A stretch of 61,280 bases of DNA, counting the filler, from Perkinsus olseni (Eukaryota), in the NCBI GenBank assembly GCA_013115125.1. It is 2 parts of 2 records of this genome, joined end to end, with 100 filler letters (N's around TTAATTAATTAA, not from the genome) between each part and the next. Parts side by side here need not be neighbours in the genome. Positions count along the whole stretch, not along the records: positions 1 to 30,636 come from JABANN010000419.1; 1 more part is not named here. One strand, 5' to 3'. The notes beneath the pieces are model-generated. The model saw nothing but the letters and a program-made list of their open reading frames with translations, was not told the origin of the DNA and searched no databases. Of the stretch, positions 13,415-25,935 are shown piece after piece. A program made the translations under genes and the position numbers. Position 1 is the first letter of the stretch; each line of letters starts with the position of its first letter.

Positions 13415-14223
13415 GTCGGCTATGTTCCTGCCTGCAGCGGAGCGGTCGTCAGCATATTCATGAAAAGTAGGTTGGGCTTCAATAAGGAGCCCTTGCTAGA
13501 GATAGGGCGGTGATCCGCACTACCACAGTGATTGCACCAGATTGATCGATCGAGGATTGTGTTTTGGGTGGCAAACTGAGTATCGTGCTCGCTGTTGGTC
13601 AGTCCCTCACAGTGCGAGATTCACGCACGATTGAGCCCGTTGCCCTTGGGGGCTCACAGTCGAGTCTGTGATAACATCGCCATTTGTGATGGAAGGCCAT
13701 CTTCTGGTTTCCTCTCCAACGAACAGCCATTGTGTTTCTCAGGTCAGACAGGCGTTGACTTAACCTTCTAGTCAAGAGGCAGTGCGTGAAACGGGTCCTG
13801 CTCGCGAGGACCGATGTTACGGCGATTCTGCACGACGTCGAATATCGAGATGTGAAGGGCCATCGCCTTGCACGAGACGAAGTTATACTCTCTTCACGTA
13901 TTTGCCTGTGAGCCTGAACCGTCCATAATCTACAATAATATAACCGCTGATCAACCTCGTTTTTTACGATACCGAGTCGCAGCTCGTGCGAATAACCTAC
14001 TCACTGATCTGCATGAGGTTCTCAATCCGGAAAACTGCCCTCGGCAACAAGGGTACCAAAGTGAGCCGCCCGTCGTGGACCGTCCGCATTTGGCGCACAC
14101 TGGGTGGTGTTTACAGCGCTAATGCTCCAATACCCCGCCATACCGGGCACTCAACACAACAAGCATATCGCCTTAACAACCGCCGTTGTTAGCCCTGCTG
14201 AACTCATCAGAAGTTCCTCGAAT

Positions 14224-16537
14224 TCATGCAGACACACAGATACCTTTCATGAAGGAGGGAGTATCTGAGGCAACGGGATGAGCTACCCTACCCAAAGCTC
14301 GCAGCTTACGATTGGGCGTGAAGGTTCCAAGATGTGACTTCTCTCCGACTTGGTCCTCGCCCTTCTTCATGTACTCCTTGCAGGTCACACCAGTCGTATT
14401 AGTCACTAACAGCAGGCGTTGAGATGACGGTGACAGAAGTCCCATCTGCCCTCTACCATGAGAGATCGGTGCCTCAGTGACGTCGGGAACGGTGGTGAGC
14501 TGCATCGACGGCTTCCTGCCCGCTCTGAGCCCTCGCTTGGTCATGGCCCCCTCATGTTGTTCCGTAGGCGCTGTGGCATCGTCAACGTCGAAGGAGATAC
14601 GGCGCCTGCGGTCCTCTTGCAGGAGACCGTCGATGAGGAGCATAGACTCGACCACCTGAGGCGTGACTGATAGATCCCTGGGCGGACAGGGCACTTACTT
14701 CAGATCTCATCGACTTCGACAGAGATGCCGTAAGCATGTGGACAGCACTGTTACGCTTCACGTTCTGAACAGCGACATACCCGATATCTCGGCAAGGGCC
14801 ACCTTACCTCAGGGGCCACAACTTTCTCAGCCTGCAGAGCGACCGAAGGATTGTTTAGTTTGCGTTCGTCCACCACTGCTCTGGTGCCGGAAATAATATT
14901 GAAAAGTGTGCCACCGAGGGCATACCTGAGGAGGGGCGGGATGGCGGGGCTGCTGACGAGGGCCTCCTCCAGCAACTTACCAGTCGACGCTCTTGGCCTC
15001 ATCGAAAGTGAGAGAAGGGCTGCCGAGAAGGGCTCGGATCTCCTTGGTTTCCCTGAAAAGATAATCTGAGCACGCCGCGATGCTACGCGTGACTATTACA
15101 AGCTTTTGCCATCTTCAGGTCCGGTAGCGAGGACAACAGAATCCTGCATTAGCTCGCTGCCAGATGGCGGAGTACTCTGAGTAGAGCGAAAAGGTATCGG
15201 TGCGGTGCGGTGCTGTCGATCGAGTCCTACGGGAGTTGGAATCTTTCCGTCCCAAGTGTTGAAGTACTCAAAGATGGCAGCATCACTGCACTTGGCGTCG
15301 GAGCATAGAACAGTTTTCGGTGACATTCCCAAGTGGATCTGAGAGGAGGGAAAGTGAACGCTACATCCGCTGGGGGGGCGGGCCTACCATATGCGCCTTC
15401 GAGTGGAGGAACTTAAGGCCAGTAACAAGTTGAGGGGCGATCTTCTGGAAGAGCGGGAACCTGAAGTGACGATGCTGCGTCACAGCATCATAGCTGTCCT
15501 CGAGCAGGACCTCGTGACCATGTTAGAGAACTCCCCCAGGTAGCCCTGTTGGTCGGCCATGCCAGCCGGTTGGAGGAGATCGACCAGACGCCCACCCGGC
15601 ATGTATTGCATCAGAATGTTGCTACCAAAACTGCAGAGAAAACGTAACAGGGACCAACAAGGGTTAATCGGCCTACTATATGTTCTTCAGGTCCTCAGCC
15701 TTGCGACCAGACGCCTTCGGTACGACCATGGTGACGCCATAGGTGACTGGGACTTGTGTACCGTTCTCATACTTGAGGTCACTGATGTCGTGACCGAATC
15801 TAGCAGGTTGAATCTCCTATCCCGTCCCACACAAAAGCGGCCCGGATCTTACCCGTAGAGTACGTGGTAGTTGGGGCATGTGACAGTCTCGCCGGGCTTG
15901 GCGTTATCTGGTAAAGACACTGATATGAGCCAACTTGTCTTCGACAAAAACTGGTACCAATGGCGGCACACTGGGCCTTGTTGGTCTTGCCGAACCACAT
16001 CTTCTCCCTATTAAACTGGCCCAGTGTATGGATCCTCCTCTCCTGGTCAGTAGCCACGGGGAGAGACACCGCCTTCAAAGCGTACTCATTCTTGTTAGCA
16101 TCGGTCACTCGGAACACCACCCCGTTGCGAGCTTGGAAGAGCCTAAGAATCGGCCGTCCTGCTTCTGTGCCAGAGAGGGCACGGCCCTCCTTACCTTTCA
16201 TGGAGGGTGAAGGGTCCTTTCGGCATGACTAGTTTGACGGGCTGGTTGTGGTGGTGTAGGGTGTTCTGAACAAGGGCAAGGCGTGCTGATAAACCCTACA
16301 GCACAGATGGACGGAAGTTCCGTGGCCCCTGGGAGGACTTGTGCTCACGACCCCGAGAGACTGCGTTCTCTGTTGAATGTTATATTCCTATGCTGCGGAC
16401 GGTCGCCGGGGAGAGTTTTTGAGCATCCTTGGGTCTGACCGCTGTGACTCGAGAGAATTCTATCAAATTACTTGTTGGTTAAAGCCACTGAGACTGTCCA
16501 TTAGGAGAGCAGCGGAGACGAAGGAGATTCGAGACAT
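14224..16537 (-). CDS. Multi-exon protein-kinase-fold protein, predicted pseudokinase with N-terminal signal-like peptide
   Basis: Spliced reconstruction: MSRISFVSAALLMDSLSG...FTLHERLFQARNGVVFRVTD..EYALKA..FNREK...ILMQYMPGGRL...QLVTGLKFLHSKAHMIHLGMSPKTVLC..DAAIFEYF...SVDWYALGGTLFNIISG...LIDGLLQEDRRRRIS. Most kinase subdomains (I-VII, IX, XI) are recognisable. The 3' end is approximate. Confidence 0.8.
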
Positions 16538-16877
16538 TATTAGAATTAGGGATAGGTAATGGCTGAGAGAAAGGTGGGTCGGCTCTTGAAAAACAGCGAC
16601 CGTTGCAGGCTGTGATCTTGCGCTTATCTTATTCCTGCAATATGCACGAAAAGATCGTTCAAGATCTCGCGCGCCCTAAAATCGGCGTCGCCGACGCTTG
16701 AGCTTCCGGGCGGAACTGGACGAGAGGAAAGTTACGATGGCCGAAAGGAATGCTAAATTGGAGGAAGCCACGAGACAAAATACGAAGTTCATGTTTGTGA
16801 CCGGTCCTTGGAAACTAGAGTCATCGTTAACGTACTGCCGCACGGTCGAATTTTCGGAAAGTGTCGGGTGAGTCGGT

Positions 16878-19800
16878 ATGGAAGCAAAGCTTGCGTTGCC
16901 ACTGGGAAGTGAAGGGATGAGTGTTGCCAGTGACTGGGCCTGCTCAGGGTGGGTAAGGAATGCAGTTGAGGTAGTTGATGGTTGCTCTCTCTCTATGGGG
17001 GATCGACCCGTCCTCACCGCGGTCATTGGCCGGCAGTGTGCTAGGACAGCCCACACCGATATGTGAGCATGGCGGGTCGGGGCTGGTAGTGGATCCTCAG
17101 GGGGGCTCTCGATAGGACAGCCGCTCCTGACAGATACTCCCTTTATTTGGGGACGCGGAGCAAGACTGGCCCAACGGACTCCGCGTGGTCCTCTATTTCA
17201 TTGGTCTGTTTTGGTGCTTTGTGGGAGTGGCTATTATTAGCGATATTTTCATGGGGTCGATAGAAAAGATAACATCCAAGAAAACTCGAGGTGAGGAACG
17301 TCTTCTAGACGGCCACATGGCACCCATCATATCCCTCAGTCCGCCTCGCGGTCCATGGAGAGACAAAGCTGGTTACCGTCAGAGTGTGGAACGATACGGT
17401 AGCTAACCTGACTCTCATGGCCCTCGGATCGAGCGCACCGGAAATCCTGCTCTCGATCATCGAACTCCTCAGTCAGGATATGTACTCCGGTCACTTGGGC
17501 CCGAGTAGGTGTCGCTGCCGGTCATTCTCACAGTGTCTATTCATCCTCCTCGTCATCAGGCACCATCGTGGGCTCGGCGGCCTTTAACTTACTAGTCATC
17601 TCCGCAGTATGTATTATGGCAATTCCGGATGGTGAAGTGAGGACCATCAATGACGTTGGGGTGTTCGTGGTCACGGCCACCTGCAGTATCTTCGCTTACA
17701 TGTGGTTGCTTCTAGTGCTACAGGTCGGCCCTTGGCTGTCTATCATGTCTCCCGTAGAGGTCCACTGTAGGTTACCTCACCGGATGTAGTGGATATTTGG
17801 GAGGCCATCGTGACTCTGGCGCTCTTTCCAGCTCTTGTAGCCGTCGCATTCGCAGCTGACAAGGGTAATGTACTTTAATTCGATGCGAGGGTAACTGTCA
17901 GTCGTCATCTAGGTGTATTCTCGGTGAAGTCCACCGTATCGAGCGCGCACCGCGATCATGTCTTGGGGCTAGAGGACCTCAGCCAGGAGGAAATAGCTGA
18001 GTTGATGGACGACGTAATAATCAGAAAACCCGTCAAGATCAGCTCCTGAGGGCTTCATCTCAGACCCGACAGCGGCATGGGATGGACCTTACCGATGATG
18101 CGGTGATCAGGATCATTCAGGCCGAGAGGCCCCCGAGAGCGACTCGGTAGGAGGTGGATGGTGAGAGAGGAAATAACGCGTTCTGCAGAGCCCAGCATAG
18201 GATACATGCCAGTCGGCTGCTGACGGGAAGAGCTGGTTCAATGAGAAACATAGGTAGACAGTCGCCTCGGACAGTCGATCATCATCTCTGACTCTGTAGC
18301 AGCCGCCAAGCGTTCTCCAACGGGCCATCTCATGCCGTTCAAGGGTAGTACGGTCTTCAGTTGATGCTGACTCCCTCCAGACGTTACCTCAGATATTGTC
18401 GACAACACTGCAGAAGGAGCCAGTCGTGTAGGTCCTTGGGTCTTCGGTAAGCTCATGAGCATATTCCTGTAGGGAGGATCCACCCAACCAACCATCGATT
18501 TCACGTGTCCAAGGTGGGGCCTCTGGAGATGGGCTCTGGGGGCGATGCAAACCCTCCCCCAGGTTCGCCGTAATGGAGGGCGCTGGCAGAGTGCTGCTGC
18601 CACTGACCATCTCGCGTCCACTGGAAAAGGAGGTATCTGGTTAGACCACCAAGAGGTTGCCGATGGACCTTCTCCGCTACTAGGTGATGGTTCGTTACGA
18701 GACCGTACAGGGAACGGCGACACCGGGCGAGGACTACATACCGGTCGTTGATGGACGGGTGATCGGGGTTTCACAAGCGCTCTCCCTTGCTCACCATCAT
18801 TCACGCTTTGCTTCGTATCATTTCTGTATGGAGATTAGGGTTATCTCTAACCTTGGGTGTTAGTCGCTGCAGCTCGAGAAGTACACATCTGTGTCGAGGC
18901 GCCCTTCTGGCTACTGAGTTTACGCCGCTCTCCGTGATAGGTTACTATAAAGGCTGGGGAGACTTCAAGCAGCGACATAGCCATCGTCGTGCTCGACGAC
19001 GACATAGTGGAGGAGGATGAAAACTTCTGGTGAGTAGCTGAAGGTAGGGCACTCGCCGTTACCCGACTTTTTTAGGGTACGCTTGACCACTGTCTCCGAT
19101 GGTGCGGTAATCGGCAAGGTGGCTGTGGCGGAAGTGACCATCATTGACGATGATGAGGCTGGTGAGCTAGTCTTGGAGAAGGAGGAACTGCATGTGGAGG
19201 AGGGTGTATGCACAGTAACTGGGTGGACTGCTGGGATGGCCGTTCCCGTCAGGAGGCCCAAGTTGTGGTACAGCGGGCTAAGGGGTGCAGTGGTAGAGTA
19301 ACCCTACAGTACACGACTGAGTCTGGAAACGCTGTGGCCCCACATGATTATACTCACACTGAGGGAGAGCTGGTACTCGACCATAACCAGGCCGCTGGAG
19401 TTATCAAGATACCCATACACTCGACGTGGGTCTGCGGGAGGGGGCCGCCGGAGGGGGGAGGTTATTAACATTGTCAGGTCCACTCGGAACCCCCATTTCC
19501 GTCTTATATTATCGGAGCCTACTGGAGGTGCTGTACTAGTCAGGTCCGCCTTCTTCCGAGTGGTGGACTGTATCAGGTGCCAAGTTCTGTGCTAAGACCG
19601 ATGGTGGTGCGGAGTCCCTCATCTGCACGATCTGGATCAAAGCCAAGCCGGGCATGAGCACCAGCCGAACGACAGTCCCGGCCCTTCTCAACGTCCACTG
19701 GGGTAACAACTAGAAGCCTGTGAGCTCGCCTGTAGTGGTTGGTAGGGAAAATGAGCTTGGGAGCGTCTAATTGGCGAGAGCAGTTCTCCGAGGCTCTGTG

Positions 19801-20960
19801 GGTGAATGGTAGCCGAGAAGAACAAGCAGAGGTGGACTTCGACGGTTACCGAGAAGCCGTCGATGGTTGGGTTTAGGCCTCTGTCTTTGAATGGATAATG
19901 CATATCATAACGTTCCCGTGGAAGCTCGTCTTTGCCTTCTGCCCCCCATTAGAGTACGCGGACGGTTGGCTCACCTTCGTTGTCAGCCTATTGATGATCG
20001 GTAAGAGTGCTTACATGCTTCATCGTCGAGGGACTGGTGTCAGGTGGGGTGACGGCCATTGTGGCGGATGTTGCGGCCCTACTGGGGTGTACGATGGACA
20101 TCCCGGACTCTGTCACGGCTATCACGCTGGTGGCTCTGGGTAGGCTTCGCTGGCAGCGCATCTTCGTAAGTTATCCTGAGCGACCCGGTACCGTCAGGTA
20201 CATCCCTCCCTGACACCTTCGCGTCGAGGTTGGCAGCTGTGCAGGACCCTTACGCGGACGCGTCTGTTGGTAACGTGACGGGGAGGTAGTCAGTGACAGT
20301 AGGGGTTGTCGACACTCTGAAGCTGGGCTTTTTAGCAACTCTGTCAACGTTTTCCTTGGTCTTGGTCTACCCTGGGTTATCGGTTCTATATACTGGAAGA
20401 CCCAGGGGGCAACGCAGGAGTGGGTTGCCAGAGTTGGTGAGTGGTTCTAGGGAGTAGTATCGCTCCGGTACAATGTCGTATTAAAATCTGATAGGAGTAC
20501 TAGGAGGGGACACACTCATCATCAGACGGCGTGGTGGGTCTCAACTCCCGATCAGGATTACAGCGTGGAAATAAGATGGTACCTTATTCTGAGTACTACT
20601 CAGAATCACTGGGAACGGACACCCTGAACATCGCTTCGCTCACCTGAGCACATCGCCATTCATGGCATCGTGTGGACGGTCGTGCCATTGTACTCGTCCA
20701 CTGCAGGTGCAGAGATCGTCGCTGAGTACCCTGATGGTGGCTTCGTAGTGGAGGCTGGCGACCTTAGCTTCTCGGTTCTCGTGTTCACTATATGCGCCTT
20801 CGTCTGCTTGGCCATCTTGGTGGTGCGACGGGCCAAGTACGGCGGCGAGTTGGGAGGCCCTAAGAACGGCAAAAGGATAAGTGCGGGCGTTCTGGTGTTG
20901 CTGTGGGTGGCCTACATAACTGCCAGCTCGGCCAACAGCTTGAAGAACAGAGCCGATTAA
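16878..20960 (+). CDS. NCX: Sodium/calcium exchanger (NCX/SLC8 family) with two Calx-beta domains, multi-exon
   Basis: [22 protein letters not shown] (alpha-1 repeat), GSAAFNLL, Calx-beta segments ([39 protein letters not shown]), [12 protein letters not shown] and [16 protein letters not shown] (alpha-2 repeat), [12 protein letters not shown]. Stop TAA at 20958-20960. The start codon is tentative. Confidence 0.95.
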
Positions 20961-21469
20961 GTTGTCTTCTCTGTGCTATAAATGCAGCGTGTACCAAACC
21001 CTTTACCATGATGATACAGTCGTATGCGCCACTTCCTGGCGTTACTCTCCGCAGTCTCGAGTTCAGCAGTGGTCTCGGGAAGAAAGTCTAAAGTGGATCG
21101 GGGAGAGGACTTGTGGATGGACCGGATATTGAAGCTACGCATCTGTCCGCTATGATGACGAGATTCCCGTACACTCTTCCAAAAACGATTTTATTACATC
21201 TTTACACTTGACAGTCAAATTAACATATTGCAGCACAAGCACGGCGAGGTGGATCGCGCACGCCATCGTGATCGATTCTAGCGATGCCTCTTGTTGTGAA
21301 CGATGGGAGAAGTTATCTTGATTGGAGAATCTTGCGTTAAAGTTGGTAGGAGGCGAGCTGCCCGGTCAGGTCGGCCTTCTTTCGGGCGCGTCTATTGACG
21401 TCGGGGTGTAGCGGAGATAGGGGTCAGGATTGTCAGGGTCGTTGTTCTCCATCACTTGTTGGTGATACC

Positions 21470-24400
21470 ATGTCTGAGGAGATCATCTCCACAGATGGCG
21501 GGTATCAGATAGTGCCGGTGGTCGGGGCGGATGCTGGCGGCATTATTATGATATCGGGGAAGAGGAGAAAGCGTGATACTCGATGGGGACCGAGGAAGCA
21601 CATAAAGCTCGGCAAACGGTAGTACTGGGAGTAGTAACGTATCGAGGAATGGGGCATATAAATAGCAGGCAAACTTGACTATGGTGCAGCAACATTGAAG
21701 GAACCATTCGCATGGTAAAACTGTCGTTAAGGCTTCTGAGGTGGCTGATAATGCTTTACTAATCAGTGCTTGCCCGGCTTGCCATATCCGTAAGATATCG
21801 CACTGTACACATGATTGGTGTATCGAGGCAGTAGATGTAGACGCCATTAGTGTATCGAGGCAGTAGATGTAGACGCCATTAGTGTATCGAGGCAGTAGAT
21901 GTAGACGCCATTAGTGTATCGAGGNNNNNNNNNNNNNNNNNNNNNNNNNNNNNNNNNNNNNNNNNNNNNNNNNNNNNNNNNNNNNNNNNNNNNNNNNNNN
22001 NNNNNNNNNNNNNNNNNNNNGAGGCAGTAGCTGTAGACATGATTGGTGTATCGAGGCAGTAGATGTAGACGCCATTAGTGTATCGAGGCAGTAGGTGTAG
22101 ACGCCATTAGTGTATCGAGGCAGTAGGTGTACACATGGTTGGTGCGTTGCTTTACTCGATGGCACCGCCCTGTAGTGAGTCATGGCTGCTTGTTCAGTCT
22201 ATCAACGGTGGAGGACAAGCCGTACAAGCCTCTACCCTTAGTAGACATCCCTTGTGGGTTGGGGTGGAAACAGGTCGATCAATTGATGAAGGAGATACGA
22301 TTAGAGGATCGTACTACCCAGGGAGGTCTACCATGACGATTGGTATCATGCGTATCTTTTTAGTGGACAATAAGCTTCGAGCAGAACCAATCAGGTTGGA
22401 GCTTGGCGACCCTGATATTCGACCGCCATCACCACCACCAACGTGAGCGTTTTGTTGGCCTTCGTCGTTGTCAGGGATGTAACGGTTTCTGGTGGTAACA
22501 GGTATGATCAGACTGGGACGAGGACTAATGATCGTACTACTAGAGTTAAGAAGGCAATGGAAGGGGAGCATAATAGGCTAGTGCGGTAAGAACTCGTCTA
22601 CTGACAGTTGTGATGGAGTTATTAAGGTACATGATGGCTACTGTGAGGGACTATATGCCGCCCGAGACATGGAGCAAGGCTAGGTGAGTAGAACCGAGTA
22701 TGAAGCGGTGAAGGAGTGGTAGTTGTAACAGGTTGGTGAAGAAAATTATCATACCACAGAAGAAGTATCCCGATGTGCCTTTCATGGCTATTATTGTGGG
22801 TGCTCGAGGAACCAATCATAAGCGTCTGCAGGTGAGGAGACGGTTGATGATGGGAGAGTAGCATAAATTTGTTTGCTCAGATGGAGTCGGGCTGCCGTAT
22901 TGAGATCCGAGGTAAGGGTATTAATGCGATGAATCAGACGATAGAGGAGCAGAATATGCCTCAGCACGTTCATATAGAAGGTTGGATATGCGGGCTTTCA
23001 TACCACTCCTTCGTCAACTCCTGTTGACTAGGCGATACCGAGGCCAACCTCATAAAGGCTACGGCCCTGTTGGAGCCTCTACTGGACCCGACCCATCCTG
23101 ACTTCGCCAGAGCTAGGGCACTCGGTAAGGGCGGAGCGTCATACCAGTTTGGAAGGTATCTTTGGTTGACTCAGGTTTGGAGCAGTTGGCTGTTGTTAAC
23201 GGTTATACTACCCAAGTACAGCACATACGGTGTGGGCTGTGCCAGGCTATGGGTCACCATGCCAGCCAGTGTCCTGAGTAAGAGGGTATGGGCGGAAAGG
23301 GTCCATGATGCTTGTGACGGTGGTAGGTTCAATAACGTGGAGATGTCGTATAAGATGGCTGATGTCAAGTGCGAGATCTGTGGCGATAAGGGACACGCCA
23401 CTATCGACTGTAGGAGGTGCCTTTGGAGTGGTATGGGTTATTGTACTGCAATCAGGTCCTCAGAAGGGTACGGCACAGCAGCAGTCGAAGGAATGGCGGG
23501 AGGGAGCGGAGGAGCGGGCTAAGGTACTGGTGGGCACTGGCGAGGAATGTACCAAGAATGATGATGCAGAGACCGACTGATACCCCTGTACATGTACTGA
23601 TGCGTGTACGAGGCTCTATCACTATCATGAGGGATCTGTAGGGAATGATTTACTTTGATGTTGTTTGTTCCTTTGATGTCAAACATTAACATGCTAGCGA
23701 TCCTGTGCCGTATGCTGTCGCTTTCCGTCGCAGCTCCTCATTCGACATGCAGTGTCCTGAGAGTCCCAATGGTTAGGTTGATCAAGAGTACGCTGATCTT
23801 ATTAACAACCTGGCTGAGGAGAATGACCCTCTCAAGACAGCAGCTCAACCAGGCCAACAGGTAGTAGCTGAGTGGTGCAGTGGACGACGAAGTATCGGCA
23901 ACGCACTTTCGCTGTGAAGGAATTCTATATAGAAAGCTGGCACGAATTCTAGCGAGTAAATTCTAGAATCTGGACACGACATATTTAACATCTTTTTAGA
24001 TTAACGGCTCAGCTGCAGCGGCGGGAAATGGCGATGATTTAACGATTCCATTCAAGGATGTTGGTAAGAGTTGGTATGGGAGAGGATGGGGAGGATTCCG
24101 AACTCGTCAGGTGCTTTCATCGGACCACAGGGGAGTAATATTAAGTTGCTGGAGGGCGAGACGGGATGCCAAATACATGTTGGTGAGTGCGGAGGCAGCA
24201 CTATCACCTCGGTCGATCGTTGTGCATGCGACTCTGGCTCTGTCTTTTCGCTGAAGCATTCGGAGAGGGGGAGGGCTCTGTAGTGGGTGGATGGGTGGAT
24301 TCTAGTTGGGTCTGTCGCGTGTTTCGGTATTATTTGTGTTTTAACGTAGATCAGTCGAGTAAGGAGACAGGGCACTGCCCGGTGCAGATCCAGGGTCCCC

Positions 24401-25781
24401 TCGGTGCCGTAGAGCAGGCCAAGGAGAAAGTACGGGAATGGTTGAAGAGGTAGGGGGCCTTCCTTTCTTCTGCACCGATCTGGTACCAATACTTTTCAGT
24501 CGTGAAGCGGGAGGCTCGGGTGCGAACGCTCAGATCCCTATGGTAGGCACGAGATAGTCTATGGTTCCATGCTCGACAGGCCTTTGTGCTGTATTTAGGT
24601 TCTAGGAGTGCCGGGGGATGAGGAGCCAATAAGACTGCCAGCGGCTCTTGTTGGTAGTGGATGTGCCGTAGCAGCCCTTCGCCATGCCTCTCACTCGTTC
24701 AGGTGTGTTCATCGGTCATAATAGTCAGAACATGAAGGCCTTGGAGAGGGACTTTGGCGTTGGTCTCATGCTGGGTGGGTAGTCCTGGAATCATTCCAAC
24801 AACAAAGGTTCCATCTCCTTTATTGTCGTCTCTCTCGCCTCCTTTCATTGTTCTGAATCAGTTCCCCATGACTGAGCCCCGGAGATGGCCCGGAGTCGTC
24901 ATTCTCTTTTCGACTTCGTATTGAATTTGGTGGCGTGTGTTAGGTGCCACGGTAACGTCGGTGCTTATTGCTCCGGTCTAGAAATTCACTCGGCGATTGT
25001 AGGACACGTTCGATCGGCGTATCTCTCCAGAATCTTCCGGCTGCGCACAGCGTATCTTTTGTCAGACGGGAAGAAAGAGAGTGGTATCTTGGACCATCCA
25101 ATTCTCTTCAGTGGATCGGACGAAGCGATTCTCGAGGCTAAGCCCAAGCTACGGGATTGGATCTCACGGTAGTGGAGGCCTCAGCGGTCATACCGCAATG
25201 CTGTGATGCTCTCTCAGGCAGCTGGCCACGCCCCAGGGAGAACCCAGTCTGGCGCAGATGCCAGGTTTTCCAGGTACTCACGAGGGGCTTCCGTCATGGT
25301 AGGGCGTCCTTCGTGAAGTTTTATGGTCAATTTTGGGATAGTAGTTGGCGGCGCTGTCGAATTTTCGGCAGCTAGGTTTGACGCGGAGAGAGGGAATCGT
25401 GAAAGTGCGAGTCGAACTTTAGTGACTGTCTCAGGCTTCCCGGGAGGCTTCCCTATTCCCGCGGCTCCTGGAGGAGCTGCTCCTTTCGTGCCTATGGCCG
25501 CGGGTATGCCGATGATGACAGGCATGATGGCGGCCGCCCCTCCTCAAGGCATGATGGCTGTTGCTGCTGCTGCTGCCGCTGGGTATTCTCCTCAAATGCA
25601 GCAAGCATACATGCCACCTCCACCCGTGGCAGGACAGGTGGGAGTAGGGGGGATGGAGAGGTGTAGAGTGTGGACCGTATGTGTGGTTCAGTACCAAGCT
25701 GCACCGATGGACCAAGCCTCGTGGCAGCTACTTTATCAGCAGCGACTGCAACAGGAACAGATGAAGTACAATCAGCAGTAG
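21470..25781 (+). CDS. SF1: Splicing factor 1 / branchpoint-binding protein with two additional KH domains, multi-exon
   Basis: ULM KRRKRDTRWG, RPPSPPPTYD, KH-QUA2 (KKIIIPQKKYPDVPFMAIIVGARGTNHKRLQ), zinc knuckle CEICGDKGHATIDC, DQEYADLINNL, two further KH-like units and a Pro/Gln/Ala-rich tail. Confidence 0.92.
21818..22135 (+). repeat. 32-bp intronic minisatellite GTGTATCGAGGCAGTAGATGTAGACGCCATTA spanning an assembly gap
   Basis: Near-identical tandem copies on both sides of the N-run, in SF1 intron 1. Confidence 0.95.
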
Positions 25782-25935
25782 CCGAGGACGCCGAGGACGA
25801 TCATCAACAGAACCATTGTCATACATTTCATTGTGACCTGACGAGTTTTGAGCTTTAGTATGTGACTAGGGCGGGAGTTGGGGAAGTTGTGGTACTCGCC
25901 AGGACGTGGCAGTTGTCTGGATTCCACCACTATCG

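Noticed and set aside
18238-18804. 188-aa minus-strand ORF suggesting an insertion in NCX
   Set aside because: It is antisense to normal Calx-beta exons that splice in frame on the plus strand.
21818-22135. 32-bp repeat array resembling a CRISPR repeat length
   Set aside because: Head-to-tail copies with no unique spacers, inside a eukaryotic intron, with no cas genes. It is a minisatellite.
24506-24530. GCGGGAGGCTCGGGTGCGAACGC resembling a tRNA-Gly 3' half
   Set aside because: Lies in a likely SF1 exon (REAGGSGANAQIPM) between AG and GT sites and lacks TTC.
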